From Octopus sinensis (taxonomy: Eukaryota), in the NCBI RefSeq assembly GCF_006345805.1, contig NC_043006.1, positions 13,826,001 to 13,890,000 on the forward strand: a stretch of 64,000 nt of DNA, in the 5' to 3' direction. The position numbers and the translations under genes are program-made. Shown here one piece after another: positions 1-12,948 of the stretch (position 1 is its first letter; every line of letters begins with the position of its first letter). The notes under the pieces are model-generated. The model saw nothing but the letters and a program-made list of their open reading frames with translations. It searched no databases and was not told the DNA's origin.

Positions 1-960
1 AGGATGGAAAGATTTGACAAAAGAAAGGAAGGAGTCTAGATGTTCGCGGGAGAGTGAGGGCACACCGATACAGTCGTCAATATAACAGCCGTATAGTTCG
101 GGAGGGGGACCAGCGAAACTTGACAACATTTGGGCCTCAACGTAGCCAACGAACAGGTTCGCATATTTGGGGCCCATTCTCGTTCCCATGGCCACTCCCG
201 AAATACTGCTGGTAAAAATCACCATCGAACGAGAAGCTGTTGAGTGAGAGGACAAGTTCGGCCAGATAAACGATTGTGGATATGTCGGGTTCGAGGTTGG
301 GTCGAAGATCAAGGAAATGTTGGATTGCACGCAGTCCCTCGTGGTGAGGGATCACCATGTAAAGGCCCTGAATGTTGAGTGTGAAGATAAGTTTAGAGGG
401 CCCAGGAGGGAAGCAGAAAGACATGAATAGACGAAGCGCATGGTTGGTGTCATGAATATGAGAGGGGAAGGAAGCCACTAGGGGGTTGGGGGGGGCAAGG
501 ACATGGTCAAGATATCTGGAGATGTGTTCGGTGGGGCAGTTGCAGGCAGAGATGATGGGCGGCCAGGGTTGTTAGGTTTGTGGATTCGGGGCGGAAGTAA
601 GCTGTGGGGGTGCGAGGGGAGCGAATAATGAGGTTGGTAGGGATGGGGGAGACAGGAGGAGGAGATGAGGTCATGGATAGTGGAGGACACAGTCTGTTTG
701 TTCTGGGCGTGAGGTCAGAGGGCAGAGAGCAGTAAGTAGAAGGAGGTGTCTTGAAGTTGGCGGAGAACTTCCGCTTTGTAGAGGTCCTCGCGCCACATCA
801 CCACGTCTCCACACTTATCGGCCGGTTTTATGGCGATGTCAGTGCGGCGTCGGAGACATCGAAAGGCCGAGAGTTCGGTCGGGGAGATGTTCAGATGACG
901 GGGACGCCTGGAAAAGTTAAACGGGTTCACAGCGCGCTGCCAGGCACCCGCAAAAAGATC
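1..960 (-). mobile_element. Penelope-like retroelement reverse transcriptase fragment (frameshifted, GC-rich)
   Basis: Minus-strand frames give IKPADKCG, PNNPGRP, FSFDGDFYQQ and ELYGCYIDDCIG (YIDD catalytic motif near 62-100). These are typical PLE RT motifs. The element runs off the window. Confidence 0.9.
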
Positions 961-1203
961 GACTGCTTGGAACTGGCCAGGAGCTTTCTTCTTTCTTATT
1001 TATGTGTCTCTCCTTACTAACCGTCAGCCATTTTGTATTTCTATTGTATGTGTCTTCATTTGCGCATGCGTATATCTCTATGTACGTCTATATTTAGTTA
1101 GTGTGTGTGGGGATGCCTGTAATATTTGTATCTTCTGTTTATATACGTTCGTGTAATTTGTTTTTTTTGTTTATTCTTATTTTGTTCATGTGTTTACACC
1201 CAC

Positions 1204-1234
<31 letters not shown>

Positions 1235-1536
1235 TATTATTGTTATTATTACGTATGCTTGTATGTATGTATGTATGTATGTATGTATGTATAACAACAA
1301 TACTAGTAATAATGAAAACAATTAAAAAATTAAAAATTAAAAATATTAAAAAATTAAAAATGCATGTGTGTATATACATATGCTAAGTTTAACTTCTAAC
1401 AACGTGGTTCTACATTCAGTTCAACTACGTGACACCTTGGGCAGGTGTCTTATATCATAGTCTCACGCTGACCAAAACTTTATGAGTGGATTTTGTAGAC
1501 AGAAATTGTCACACACACACACACACACACACACAC

Positions 1537-1638
<102 letters not shown>

Positions 1639-1810
1639 CTTCTTCCCTTCTTTCTCGTTCTCTCTCTGTTTCCTTCTCTTTCCCTCTTACTCTATCTCTT
1701 TCTCTCACTTTTACATTCTCTTTTCGCCCTTGCTTACCTCCTTTGTACCTTTCTCATCTCTCCCTGTTTCTTTAATCCCTCTGTTCCTTCGTTCTCTGTC
1801 TCTCTCTGTC

Positions 1811-1844
<34 letters not shown>

Positions 1845-2653
1845 CTCTCTCTCTCTCTCTCTCTGTCGCCCTCTCTTTCCCTCTCTCAACACTTCTTCTT
1901 CCCTACCACGTCCTCTAGGACTTGCTCCATTTCCAGTTCGTTCGATAGCTGCAAAGTTCTTTCTGTATTTGTGGTATATGAATAATTATCATTTTTTTTT
2001 AGTCTTCTGTTGTATATAGCCGTAAGGTTTCGTACTGTTATATATGCATAATTTTTTTTCTGTTGTATTTATATAATGTCTTGTTTGTTTCTGTCTTAGC
2101 ATACATTTGATACTTTTTCCCCAGTAGCTCAATAACAGCACTGGCGCCTGAAAAATTGAGTGGTTTCAATGGTAATGGCGCGAAACCACTATGATATTTT
2201 GCGTCATTGACTGACAAGAAAAACTCAGCAGTGTATATTCCGTTTATCGTGTCTTTGTCTAAATTTCCCGTCCGTTTGGTTTTCGTTTAATTTCTCGTTT
2301 GCTTTGCTTTCGTCTAAACTATTCTTTTTGTGTTCTTTTTGTTCAAACCTTGATATATATAGATATGTACATATGCACATATGTAAGTATGTGTATTAAT
2401 GTATGTGTGTGTATGTCTTTGTGTTTGTTTGTCCACACACATATACCGCTGAGCATCCAGTATTGGTTTGTGTACATGCCATATAACAGTAGTTCGGAAA
2501 AAGAAGTCTACTAGAATAACTATCAAAGTTAAAAATATAAGCAATGGAGGAGATTTGTTCTACTAAACACTCCAAAGTGCTACTCCAGCGTTACCACAGT
2601 CCAATGATTAAAACAAGTAAAAAAATAAGAGACAAGATATGTAGGTTAAACAA

Positions 2654-3237
2654 AAGGCGGCGATCTGGCAAAATCGCTAGCACGCTTGGCAAATTGCTTA
2701 GCGGTGTTCCATCTGCCGTTACGTTCTGAGTTCAAATTCCGCCGAGGTTGACTTTGCCTTTCATCCTTTCGGAGTCGATTAAATAAGTACCAGTTACGCA
2801 CTGGGGTCGATATAATCGACTTAATCCGTTTGTCCGTCCTTGTTTGTCCTCTCTGTATTTAGCCCCTTGTGAGTAGTAAAGAAATAGCTATTTCGTCTCT
2901 CTTTATGTTCTGAATTCAAACTCCACCGAGATCGACTTTACCTTTCATCCTTTCGGGGTCGATAAAATAAGTACCAGTTACGCACTGGTGTCGATATCAT
3001 CGACTTAATCCGTGTGTCTGTCCTTGTTTGTCCTCTCTGTGTTTATCCCTTTGTGGGTAGTAAAGAAATAGGTATTTCGTCTGTCTTTACTTTCTGAGTG
3101 CAAATTCCGCCTAGGTCGACCTTGCCTTTCATCCATTTGGGTAGGTAAAATAAGTACCAGTTGACACTGGGATCGATGTAATCCACTAGCCCCTTTCACA
3201 TTAACTTGCTGGCGTTGTGCCAAAATTTGAAACCAAT
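2654..3237 (+). mobile_element. tRNA-derived SINE family C (Meta-domain-like), head-to-tail multimer
   Basis: Head GGCGGCG..CTGGCA.AATCG.TAG, B-box GAGTTCAAATTCC, and a body GCCTTTCATCCTTTCGG.GTCGAT..AATAAGTACCAG repeated three times. Confidence 0.85.
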
Positions 3238-3543
3238 GTGTAAATTAAACAAGATGACATATTATCGAAACAATATGTAACCGGTGTAACCGCTGTTTTA
3301 AGTAACTATATATCGGTAGCTTGATAGAAGATATATAGAAGTGTTTAAGTCGCGGTTTTTGTGTAAAGCTTATTTAACCGATGTTTACGCTAATTGTGTA
3401 TATCAGCGGATTGAGAGAAATGTCTAATAACTGTTGAAGTCACGACCGTTGCGTTTTGAGGTTTTTCAGGTCACTGAGAGGCCAAATATAATCGAAAAGC
3501 ACTTGACAATTCTTCAAACTTGGTGTCACGTGTTTACAGCTAC

Positions 3544-3923
3544 AAGCAAGTAATTTCCTTATCAGTTTGGGGTCATGCGAGCAAGATGTTTTCTTTTTGC
3601 TTTCGTTTTCCGTTATTGACGTTGTACCAATTAAGAAGGAATTCGGTATATTTCCGGACATAGACTGTAACTTATATTAATGCTGTGTGAGCTTAATATA
3701 TTTCCAGTGTTAACGCCGAAGATTTTTTTTATTTTCCGGAACTTACGCATTCATAACCCGATTCCTTCCCCTTCGTCCCCCAAACAATCTCTTCTGATGC
3801 AATTAAAGCAAAGTCAATTTGAATACTTACTCAGTTGAGAGATATTAATATTTTCTTTCTAAATAAATTACTTTTCTATGTATATAGCTTCATATGTATA
3901 TGTGTGTGTGTATGTATATACAT

Positions 3924-3989
<66 letters not shown>

Positions 3990-4043
3990 CATGTATATAT
4001 AAATACATACATAGATGTACACATCCATATGTATGTGTGAGAG

Positions 4044-4102
<59 letters not shown>

Positions 4103-4314
4103 GCATACGCACACACACATTTCATTTGGGACAGGATTCGCGGCTCTGTTAATAACCTGGATCTGCAGCGTCGTTATTTCCTATAAGTTACAGTCTGTGT
4201 CCGGAAATATACTGGATTCCCTCTTAATTGGTACACAGTGAACAAGGTTGAGCGAAAGCAAAGAGGAAACATCTCGTTCGCATGGCGCCAAACTGATAAG
4301 GAAATTACCTGCTT
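3544..4314. repeat. Inverted repeat pair with ~130-bp arms (3544-3676 and 4182-4314)
   Basis: GTAATTTCCTTATCAGTTTGG...TATATTTCCGGACATAGACTGTAACTTATA is reverse-complemented at 4182-4314 with moderate divergence. Confidence 0.85.
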
Positions 4315-5103
4315 ACACTCGTAATATAGAACCCGCGTTTCTAAACGTTTGATGTGCTTCTTTTCTTTCTGTAATGGTTGCTGTTGTTGTTGTTACAATT
4401 GCTGTTGTTACTGCTATTGTTATTATTTCTACTGTTGGTGTTACTGATGCTGATGATGGCGTTCGCTGTGTCCAGGTCAGTCCTGGCCAGCAGAGGCATT
4501 CCAGGCGTGACCCATTCCATTATTAAAGGAATAGGTTAAGTTTACATTATCCATTGTGACCATCATTTCTTTCCCAAGACAGCTCATCAGTATATTGAGG
4601 GCGATCTGTCTGCTATTTCCAACAGATCGAGTTGCCACATAGTGTTGCCTTCCTTGGCCCGTTCATGCTGTTCTTACAGCAGCTTTTGTTGTCATTTTAC
4701 GGGCCTCAGCTTTCGTGATCGACCTCTTTTAGGGGGGGGGGAAATGCTTTGCAGTTATAGCCATCTCGTCTTTTTCTTATATGCTGTGAGCTAAGGATTC
4801 TATTATGTTCCTTTTTAAGACAATAGAGATAGAGATAGAGATAGAGAGAGAGTGTGTGTGTGAGAGAGAGAGAGAGGGAGGGAGATGGCTGCTGTTTTTA
4901 GCATGCCGTGCGATCAATCAAAATGTCCAAAGCCACCGCTGATTTAACCCATTTATGATGAAACTTTCCAGCTGCGACTATCTAGAATGCTACATTCAGA
5001 ACCACATCACACAACACGCCATGTTTTGTGTTGGCAAAATACACATACACAAACACACACCCTCATACATGCACACAAGTGAGCGCACATGCATACAGAC
5101 ACA

Positions 5104-5141
<38 letters not shown>

Positions 5142-5217
5142 ATCACGTGTTTGTGTGAGCGTGTGTGTGTGCATGCGTGTGTGCATAGAGAGATGGAGAA
5201 ACAGAGTGATCAATTGC

Positions 5218-5257
<40 letters not shown>

Positions 5258-6106
5258 TAGTAGTAGTAGTAGTAGTAGTAGTAGCAGCAGCATGGACAAT
5301 AAACAATTACGGCAAGAGCAGCAATAATAGTAGAACTTAGAACGGAACTAGCAACTTCAGTGATAGTAACACTACCCAATTTTGTATTTTACTCAATGCA
5401 TACAACCTGACTATATTGCCGTGTGGGCAGAGGGTGTGGCTGGCTGGTAAGAGAGTATGGTTGCGGTTTATGTATCTCCGCAGCAGGAAAATGGTCTCGT
5501 GTTTGGTTGGAAGAATGAAATAGCAAAGAGGTTGAAGATTCTAATAGTTTACGACGTCAAGGTATGCAAAAGAACAGAACCCAGATAATTAAAGATTAAA
5601 ACAAGAAAAGAAAATACAATGGTCGAAATTGTGTATTAAGAGAGATGTATAAAAACATTTCGCAAAGATGCATAAATTGCAAAATAAATAAAGAGCAAGA
5701 ACATACTAACAATAAGTCAGAGTAATGAAAAGGAATCATAGGTTCTCGGTTTTACGGATAACCTTTGTTGAAAATTATTTAACTGTATTACATGATCAGC
5801 AGTTATTTGACGGTTTGTTTATTCGTAAAATGTGTTTCAGGTGTTGTTTAGCTTATTCTAATATTAATTTTAATTTTAGTTGCTTGATTAATTATATAAC
5901 TAACTAGCATACCCATGTCGTCAAAATTACTGATAGCTTTTATAATGGTGGAAAATGGCGCATCAAAACATTGGGAGAAAATATTGCTAAATGGCAGCGA
6001 TCAAGTACAAATATATACCTACGCAGAAGCGAGGCATTTGAACAATCAGATATAGTTGTAACGTCTCGATTGAAAATAGAATCATCCATGTTCTATATGT
6101 ACACGC

Positions 6107-6492
6107 AGTGGAGGCGCAATGGCCCAGTGGTTAGGGCAGCGGACTCGCGGTCATAGGATCGCGGTTTCGATTCCCAGGCCGGGCGTTGTGAGTGTTTATT
6201 GAGTGAAAACACCTAAAAGCTCCACGAGGCTCCGGCAGGGGATGGTGGTGATCCCTGCTGTACTCTTTCACCACAACTTTCTCTCACTCTTACTTCCTGT
6301 TTCTGTTCTGCCTGTATTTCAAAGGGCCGGCCTTGTCACTCTCTGTGTCACGCTGAATATCCCCGAGAACTACGTTAAGGGTACACGTGTCTGTGGAGTG
6401 CTCAGCCACTTACACGTTAATTTCACGAGCAGGCTGTTCCGTTGATTTGGATCAACCGGAACCCTCGTCGTCGTGACCGACGGAGTGCTTCC
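6107..6492 (+). mobile_element. tRNA(Arg)-like SINE family B with alternative 3' tail
   Basis: Head GGAGGCGCAATGGCCCAGTGGTTAGGGCAGCGGACTCGCG..GGTTTCGATTCCC with A and B boxes. The 3' part differs from the other B copies. Confidence 0.88.
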
Positions 6493-6743
6493 ATCCATAT
6501 GTACACGCACATATGAAACATTCACTTTTCCATGCTCACATAGATCTGCTAGATTTTGTGAAGCCCGATGCCATTTGCTCACCTGCTTCCAGGTGAGGGT
6601 TGCCAACGGGTGTGGCGCTCATGCCGAAATATGAGTACGTGAAAGAATGGAAGCAGAAAACACCTTTTGCATGACAGTTACACACGATTAAAACTACTGT
6701 CCGATGTCTAAGCAATGAGAGATTAGAACAAACACACACACAC

Positions 6744-7447
6744 ATGCATGCATACATACATACATACATACATACATGTATGCATACATACATACATACA
6801 TACATACATACATGCATGCATGCATGCATGCATACATACATACATGCATGCATACATACATACATACATACATACATACATGCATACATACATGCATGCA
6901 TGCATACATACATACATACATACATACATGCATGCATGCATACATACATACATACATACATACATGCATACATACATACATACATACATGCATGCATACA
7001 TACATACATACATACATACATACATGCATACATACATACATGCATGCATGCATGCATACATACATGCATACATACATACATTCATGCATACATACATGCA
7101 TACATACATGCATGCATACATGCATGCATGCATACATACATACATACATGCATGCATGCATGCATACATACATACATACATACATACATACATACATACA
7201 TACATACATGCATACATACATGCATGCATGCATACATACATACATACATACATGCATGCATGCATACATACATACATACATACATACATGCATGCATGCA
7301 TGCATACATACATACATACATACATACATACATACATGCATACATACATACATACATGCATGCATGCATACATACATACATACATACATACATACATACA
7401 TACATACATACACACACACATACATACATGCATACATACATACATAC
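6744..7447. repeat. Compound (CATA)n/(CATG)n microsatellite, ~700 bp
   Basis: Directly visible. It produces the spurious MYVC/HTYI ORFs. Confidence 0.98.
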
Positions 7448-7457
7448 AAATATATAT

Positions 7458-7846
7458 CTCTATATATAAAGCTGAAGTTGTTTGTGTATGGCAGGTTTGG
7501 TAGCCTTCAACTAACACTATCTCCTCCGAGACCGTGCAGCACAAGTTGACCAAAATTGAGAGTATGATAGAAGGATTGCTCTTCCTTCCGTAGAAGAAAA
7601 TATTCAAATTGGACCATGTTAACACCAAAAATTACTTACATCAAACAAGTGCTTTTTTTTCTATGAAAATACCTATTTTTTACGATTTTTCTACTGCTGT
7701 GTCGCCATTTTTCGGTGTATTTCAACCAGAAAAATGTTCACTTAAAGAGAATAACAAGCTACATAATGCAAAATATTTACTTTTCAAAAATTCCTATTCT
7801 AAAGGGTCGAAACAAACCCGAGCAACGCCGGGCGATGCTTCTAATA
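7458..7846 (+). mobile_element. Non-autonomous Helitron
   Basis: 5' TCTATATATAAAG, 3' hairpin CCCG-AGCAACGC-CGGG followed by a CTA(G)-like end. A second copy lies at 17562-17953. Confidence 0.8.
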
Positions 7847-7855
7847 TACTATATA

Positions 7856-8550
7856 TACAGGGTGACTGAAAAATAAGCAGGCATTGAAAATCGGTAATAA
7901 AATCCATATTCCTTTTACAAATTTAGTGAAACAACTGATATATGTTCTTTATTAAATGGGAAAATGAAAGAAGACCTTCATATTGTAACATAAACACCGG
8001 TGGTAACAATCAGTTTCCTCAAACGGCCAGGGATGGAATGAACAACTTTCTGAAGGATGTCGTCTGAGATATCATTGAGAACTTCCTGAATCCCTGTCTC
8101 TAAGTCCTGCAGTGTGCGAGGTTTTGTCTTGTACACCTCCTCTTTTGTGTAACACCACAGGTAAAAATCACGTGGAGTGAGATCTGGACTTATTGAAGTT
8201 CTGGAGTTTTGGACTTCTGTGGTCCTATGGTTTCTAGACTTCAGGTTTTAGTTCCTGCACGTTATGGGGTTTCCACGGACGAAAACTCAATTCCTTATGC
8301 AACCCCGTACTTATTGTGTTTTCTTGTTAGTCCAACTTCACGAATTGCTTGACCTGTTGATTTATGAGGGCTGCCGTTAAGCATTTCCTGCACTGTTGCC
8401 CCGTTCTCCGCTGATCGGGTTGTAGTTGGACGGCGACTTCTTGCATCGTTCAGAGTCCATGGTCATCAGCTTTGCATGACAATTTTTGTCAATTATTGTC
8501 TCCGGACGTAGTGTTGTATGCTTAACTTTCTATACACGCCACCATCTTGA
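7856..8550 (-). mobile_element. Tc1/mariner-superfamily transposon relic
   Basis: TA-CAGGGTG terminus. The minus strand encodes SPDLTPRDFYLWCYTKEEVYKTKPRTLQDLETGI, a Tc1-like DDE C-terminus. Confidence 0.8.
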
Positions 8551-8779
8551 ATAAATCGACCCTGTACTTATCTCTTGAGCTTGGCCCTTATTCCATCGGT
8601 CCCTTTGTGGTGGCCACAAATACATACATACAGGTATATGCTCCACGGATTCTTTCAGTTTCCGTCTACCAACTCTACTCACGAGGATTTGGTGGGTCCG
8701 CGGTTAGAGTATGGTCGAGCAGTAAACTGTCAATCAGGCAACCATTACACATTTTCGTAACTGGAAAAAGGATATATGT

Positions 8780-9030
8780 ATTTGCATTGGGATCCCTTCC
8801 CATCGAAGACCGGTGATTGTCGTGCGCTGATATAGGGTAAATACCCAGCAACCCGCGTCCGTGCGTATCACATCAGATCGACGATGGGAAAGATGGCTTC
8901 CGTTTGCAAATACTGATAGGGCACAGAAAGTGTGTCAATAGCCAGCTGGAGAAGATTTCTCCAGGGGCTACAAGCTACAGTAGCATCCACCCTCTTCAGT
9001 TATCCGGCCATCGGAAAAAATTACCATTTT
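8780..9030 (+). ncRNA. Decayed HHR-bearing structured element (retrozyme-like family, related to 21107-21515)
   Basis: GTGCG-CTGATAT-A-GGGTA/TACCC-A-GCAA-CCCGCG-TC-CGTGC within a long hairpin (TTCCCATCG/CGATGGGAA and GTATTTGCA/TGCAAATAC). The downstream motif is shared with 21228-21320. Confidence 0.65.
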
Positions 9031-9124
9031 TATCAATATATATATAGGGGCAAATAACAAGGAATCGTGAGTAGCTCTGCGTCTGCAAGACTTGAAAAAA
9101 TATGGAGGAAAAAGTGAAAGGGCT

Positions 9125-9690
9125 ACAGTGAACTTGCCATGAGGAATGGAATATTCAATGTTTCGGATGTAATCCTTCGTCAGTAGGTAGAGAAAAAGAG
9201 AAGCTGAAGAAAGACAAACAGAGTTTACATCCTCTCAGCTTGAGAAACTGTCAGGTCGACAACTGCCGGGTCGACAGCTGATTCAGGAAAAAAAAAACTG
9301 ACCATCGTATGGCAATGAGATTTGAAATCAGAATCGATGTTGCAAATTCGTCAAAGGTGAAGAAATTGACAGAAATAAATGGCAGATTTGTTTTTTTTTT
9401 TTTGAGGTGAAATGCAGAGTAGTGAAGGTAGTAGTAGGAGTCAGTAGGTTTATAATCGACTTTTCCTCCTCCTCCTTTCTGTACGCACTCTCCAATAAAT
9501 TCCGTTCCACGTTAGCAGCCCGTGTTATTCTGCGTCCATTATCAGTTGCAGCCATTTTTTCGAGCAGAGAGGATATAAATTCTGTTTCTTTTTCTTCAAC
9601 CTCTCTCCACCCCCCTGACGAAGGATTACATCCGAAACGTTGGATATTCCACTCCCCCCCCCACAGCAAGTTCACTGTACTCTTGCACTT
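9125..9690. mobile_element. Element with inverted arms, each carrying a minimal HHR-like motif, flanked by (TA)n
   Basis: Arms at ~9125-9250 and ~9555-9680. CTGACGA-A-GGAT/ATCC-GAAAC-GTT at 9615-9641 (+) and its inverted copy near 9153-9183. Confidence 0.72.
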
Positions 9691-9695
9691 ATTCT

Positions 9696-9744
<49 letters not shown>

Positions 9745-9746
<2 letters not shown>

Positions 9747-10061
9747 GAAGGAGGGAAGAAGGGGGAGAAGCAAACACAGGTGCAGATGTTTGAGCGTGGA
9801 CGCCAACTCCGCCGCCATCGACACACGAAAAATTATGCATTAAAATGGAATAAAAAATGATGTTAAATTATAAATGATGGTAATTTTTTTTTTAATCGTA
9901 GACTCATCGTTGACGCGCGCTAATAGCCAGACGGGCTCGATATGAATCACGACTATAAGATACCCGAATTTGGTTAAACTGCACCGCAAAATGTGGGAGG
10001 AGTTAGGAATCTAAATCGAAGGGGACAGACACTTACACAACTACAGTTTTATATATATAGA
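9745..10061 (-). mobile_element. Helitron-like non-autonomous element, 5' part
   Basis: The minus strand starts TCTATATATATAAAACTGTAGTTGTG, the same start type as the Helitrons at 7458 and 17562. Confidence 0.6.
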
Positions 10062-10362
10062 TAAGACTAGTTAAGATTTATGAACACTTTCAAATATATA
10101 TTGATGTTCTTCTATCGCTTAAACTCTGTCTCTCTTTAAACAACTTGTATGCTTTCTAAAAGTCTCACCTACACAACTGATCTCAGTTTTTCCCTTTCAC
10201 TTTCTGCCTACTACAGTTTCTCTTTCTCTCTCTCTCTGTCTTACTCTGTCTCTCGTTCTCTTTCTCTCTTTTATTATATTTCATTATCTTTCACTGTCAT
10301 TTTTTTTTCTCAGCAAGGTCTTTCATACCTTATACTTTCTCTATTCATTTGTCTCTTCAACA

Positions 10363-10430
<68 letters not shown>

Positions 10431-10432
<2 letters not shown>

Positions 10433-10596
10433 CGGGAAGTTTTATGAAAATAAACAAAAGACGAAGGCAGGTGGAATACAAACAAACAATTGTATTAGTA
10501 TGGCGCTCAGGAATATAAATAAAACAAGTCTTTTACGTTTCGAGCCTACGCTCTTCAACAGAAAGATACACAGAAAAGAAACACGGAGAGAAACAA

Positions 10597-10600
<4 letters not shown>
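10431..10600 (-). mobile_element. Mini-element in (TA)n with minimal HHR (10529-10566)
   Basis: Minus strand: TCTTT-CTGTTGA-A-GAGC(GTAG)GCTC-GAAAC-GTA-AAAGA. Related copies lie at 50900-51100 and 51143-51350. Confidence 0.75.
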
Positions 10601-10683
<83 letters not shown>

Positions 10684-11758
10684 TGTGTTTTGCACGATTT
10701 CTGATGTGAAATCGTGTGTTGACAAAAATATTATTATATTTCTGGATGGTCATTTATTTTCTTCCCAAATAAATGTACGCACTTCTCCAAATGCACTGTA
10801 ACATAATCAGAACAGTATTTCAGAAAATTATCATCGTTGTCTTTGAACACATCAAGAGAAAAATTTAGCTAGGCAAAAATGAGTGAGATAAGGTAAATTT
10901 GCCTTTTCAGTTCTCCAGAATTACATTTGAAATTTAAAAAAAAGACTCATACACATCAATATCTATCCTTAGACATCAGGATGATCAGAAATACATAAAC
11001 AAAATTAAAATATCTCGGCCAAATGAAAGAGGGTTATGGGAAAATACACAAAATATGAAATTAACGAAACTTGACTAAATCTATAAACTCAACATAATAT
11101 ATTCTCTATAGTTACTTCCCGATTTGTTGGATTGCATCTCTTACCGATATATTTACGCACCATGTAGTTAAAGACAAGAATTTATTGATATTAGTCATTA
11201 GACATTTTACCCTATTTTAGGCATCATTTTTTTTTTAAATTAAAAATTATCAAATTAGACACTAATGTGGAAAAAAATTGACTTGGAATCTAAAAGTGAA
11301 ATGAATATTGAATGTTAAACATCAAAAATTATCCAGACATTTTATTAGCTACTTCAGGTGTAATCGGTTCAAAGTTGAAGAAAAATACGTCGGAAAAAAA
11401 AAAGTATCTGTCATCTAACTATGCTCCAAGATCTCTCAACTTCAAGAACAATTATGTTGACCAATATCAGCTTCCAAAGATAATGCAATATCGAAGAAAA
11501 TGATGATGTAATCTTTGCAAAGTAACGAGTTCAAACTGGTAGAGTGATAATAAAGATAAATCAGAAATTACTTATTTTACCCTGGTTACTTGTTTTGCAC
11601 CCCACCCCATACGCTTCCAGTTCTCACTTTTCATGTATATTTTCATTTTCCGATCTCTTTCGTTTTACTTATCAGTCTTTCTCTCTCTCATTCACCTTTC
11701 TTACAGCCTATTTACTAATATCCCTCTATGTAACACACACACTCTACCTCACTCACTC

Positions 11759-11806
<48 letters not shown>

Positions 11807-11809
11807 TCT

Positions 11810-11843
<34 letters not shown>

Positions 11844-11963
11844 ATATAACTTCAATTATCCGCGTCATAACTCCAACCGTGTTTTTTCTGCTGTGATTTT
11901 TGCTACCCAGGTATCGGTTAAACTTTTGAATAATCCGTAACAAGATAATTCATCTTTCCATTT

Positions 11964-12011
<48 letters not shown>

Positions 12012-12014
<3 letters not shown>

Positions 12015-12187
12015 GGAGTAAACACATAAATGTGAAACAAGGTGGAAAAAAGAGTACTCAAATACCAGTGGTAGAGTAATATGCTTTATTTAAAGCAGCA
12101 GAAAATTCAACAAAACCTGTTACTCTGAGTTTCCCGTTGCCGTTCATCGGACAGTTTTTGCTAGAATTTTCTGCTGCTTTAAATAAA

Positions 12188-12190
<3 letters not shown>
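12012..12190 (-). mobile_element. Mini-element in (TA)n with HHR (12117-12154) inside a long hairpin
   Basis: Minus strand: CTGT-CCGATGA-ACGGCAACGG-GAAA-CTCAGAG-TA-ACAG, flanked by the inverted repeat TTTATTTAAAGCAGCAGAAAATTC. Confidence 0.7.
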
Positions 12191-12227
<37 letters not shown>

Positions 12228-12254
12228 AGAAGGTTGAAAAGGAACACACGAGTT

Positions 12255-12712
12255 GATATGTATGGAAAAAAAAGTTAAGGTAGAAAATGCTAAAATAATT
12301 TTATAAAAAAACATTTTAGTACCGGTTTCAGTCATTGAGACTTGTTCAACTGTAAGTATGGAAAACAATTAAATTTTGGGAAAATTAAAAGAAAAGTCTT
12401 TTGAAAGAATATTTCCATAGTATTTAAATACAAGGGGCATTTTCCTTGTTTCTGTCTGTCTTTGTTTCTCTTGTTTAGTCTTGTGGGTTCGAGGTCGTTG
12501 TGAAGACTGGCAGAAAGAAGGAAGGAAAATGCCCCTTGTATTTGAATACTATGCAAATATTCATTTAAAAAACTTTTCTTTTAATTTTTCCATAATTTAA
12601 TTGTTTTCCATACTTACAGTTGAAAAAGTCTCAATGACTGAAACCGTTACTGAAATGTCCTTTTATAAAATTATTTTAGCATTTTCTACCTTGACTTTTC
12701 TTCCACATATAT
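12255..12712. mobile_element. Inverted-arm element in (TA)n with degenerate HHR-like motif
   Basis: Arms at ~12260-12440 and ~12530-12710. AGTC-TCAAT-GACT-GAAA-CCGG-TA is present in the left arm and GAAACCGTTA in the right. The core is degenerate (CAGTTGA). Confidence 0.65.
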
Positions 12713-12867
12713 ATATATATCAAACAAAAGAGGAAAGTCGAAATTTTTTAGTATTATTTATTTTCCATTACACATGTTTCATTTGCTAATATGAATTACA
12801 AAGACTTACATATTAGATAGACATGTAAAGAATTTTCTATTGGAAATTATTGACTTACCCTTGACAC

Positions 12868-12948
<81 letters not shown>

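Noticed and set aside
6107-6185. tRNA genes
   Set aside because: All tRNA-like segments are SINE heads that continue into shared SINE bodies.
6536-7628. Long ORFs of 180-301 aa (MYVC/HTYI repeats)
   Set aside because: They are translations of a (CATA/CATG)n microsatellite that lacks stop codons.
10800-11560. Possible old hAT transposase relic (IASLTDIFTH)
   Set aside because: Only a single short motif with no TIR or TSD, which is insufficient.
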